Below are positions 63,768 through 64,000 of a stretch of DNA of 64,000 nt, piece after piece; position 1 is the stretch's first letter; each line of letters starts with the position of its first letter. Source of the DNA: Candidatus Eiseniibacteriota bacterium (GTDB lineage Bacteria > Orphanbacterota > Orphanbacteria > Orphanbacterales > Orphanbacteraceae); the NCBI GenBank assembly GCA_043809585.1, contig JBDROZ010000026.1, positions 1 through 64,000 of the forward strand, given 5' to 3'. The notes under the pieces are model-generated. The model was not told the origin of the DNA. It did not search any database and saw only the letters and a list, made by a program, of their open reading frames with translations. A program made the translations under genes and the position numbers.

Positions 63768-64000
63768 GTGGAACAGAAGATCGAATCGGCTCGGGCCCGG
63801 GAAATTCTGACGCGCTTCCGGGGCCGGCGGTTTCTTGTCGTCGGCGATCTGATGCTCGACCGGTACGTCTTCGGCGACGTGGATCGGATATCCCCCGAAG
63901 CGCCGGTCCCCGTGGTCAAGGTGACCCGCACCGAAGAGCGCCTCGGCGGGGCGGCCAATGTGGCGAACAACCTCGCCGCCCTCGGCGCCGACGTCTCCCT
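63768..64000 (+). CDS. hldA: D-glycero-beta-D-manno-heptose-7-phosphate kinase (HldA/RfaE domain I), truncated by the window edge
   Basis: GGAGGA SD and [27 protein letters not shown]...LGGAANVA. Confidence 0.9.
   Translation, partial: MEQKIESARAREILTRFRGRRFLVVGDLMLDRYVFGDVDRISPEAPVPVVKVTRTEERLGGAANVANNLAALGADVS

Overview
GC-rich diderm bacterial chromosomal segment, almost all on the + strand. LPS genes, YPNP/FlgD-type C-terminal sorting domains and D-(S/T)-x-rich exported proteins point to an FCB-related lineage (inference only). Layout: (1) 0-11 kb, an envelope operon: M6-type metalloprotease, two paralogous membrane proteins, an NHL protein, a ~1150-aa beta-barrel with two SprA-like motifs, and an Omp85. 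(2) 11-24.4 kb: GNAT-fused ligA, hutU/hutI, TPR and PHP proteins, a TonB-receptor-like protein, cvpA, PMM and manC. (3) 24.7-54.9 kb, a ~30-kb type IVa pilus/competence locus: comEA-pilBTC-pilSR-pilA, an ABC/TPR trio, a second sigma54 two-component system, minor pilins including a 955-aa FN3/lectin pilin, pilMNOPQ, an invasin-like lipoprotein and a small barrel. (4) 55-64 kb, housekeeping genes: aroK, rsmD, coaD, NUDIX, FmdB, obgE, dprA, lpxL, pfkB, DUF3467, a second M6 protease and partial hldA. Non-coding signals: a family of TA-bounded MITE-like hairpins that supply stop codons, a tandem structured repeat behind pilA, sigma54 promoters before the pilins, sigma28-like promoters before the assembly operons, and a probable ATT start for obgE. 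Two G-run frameshifts (hutI, invasin) may be sequencing errors. No rRNA, tRNA, CRISPR array or transposase was seen. All family assignments come from motif recognition by eye; no searches were run.
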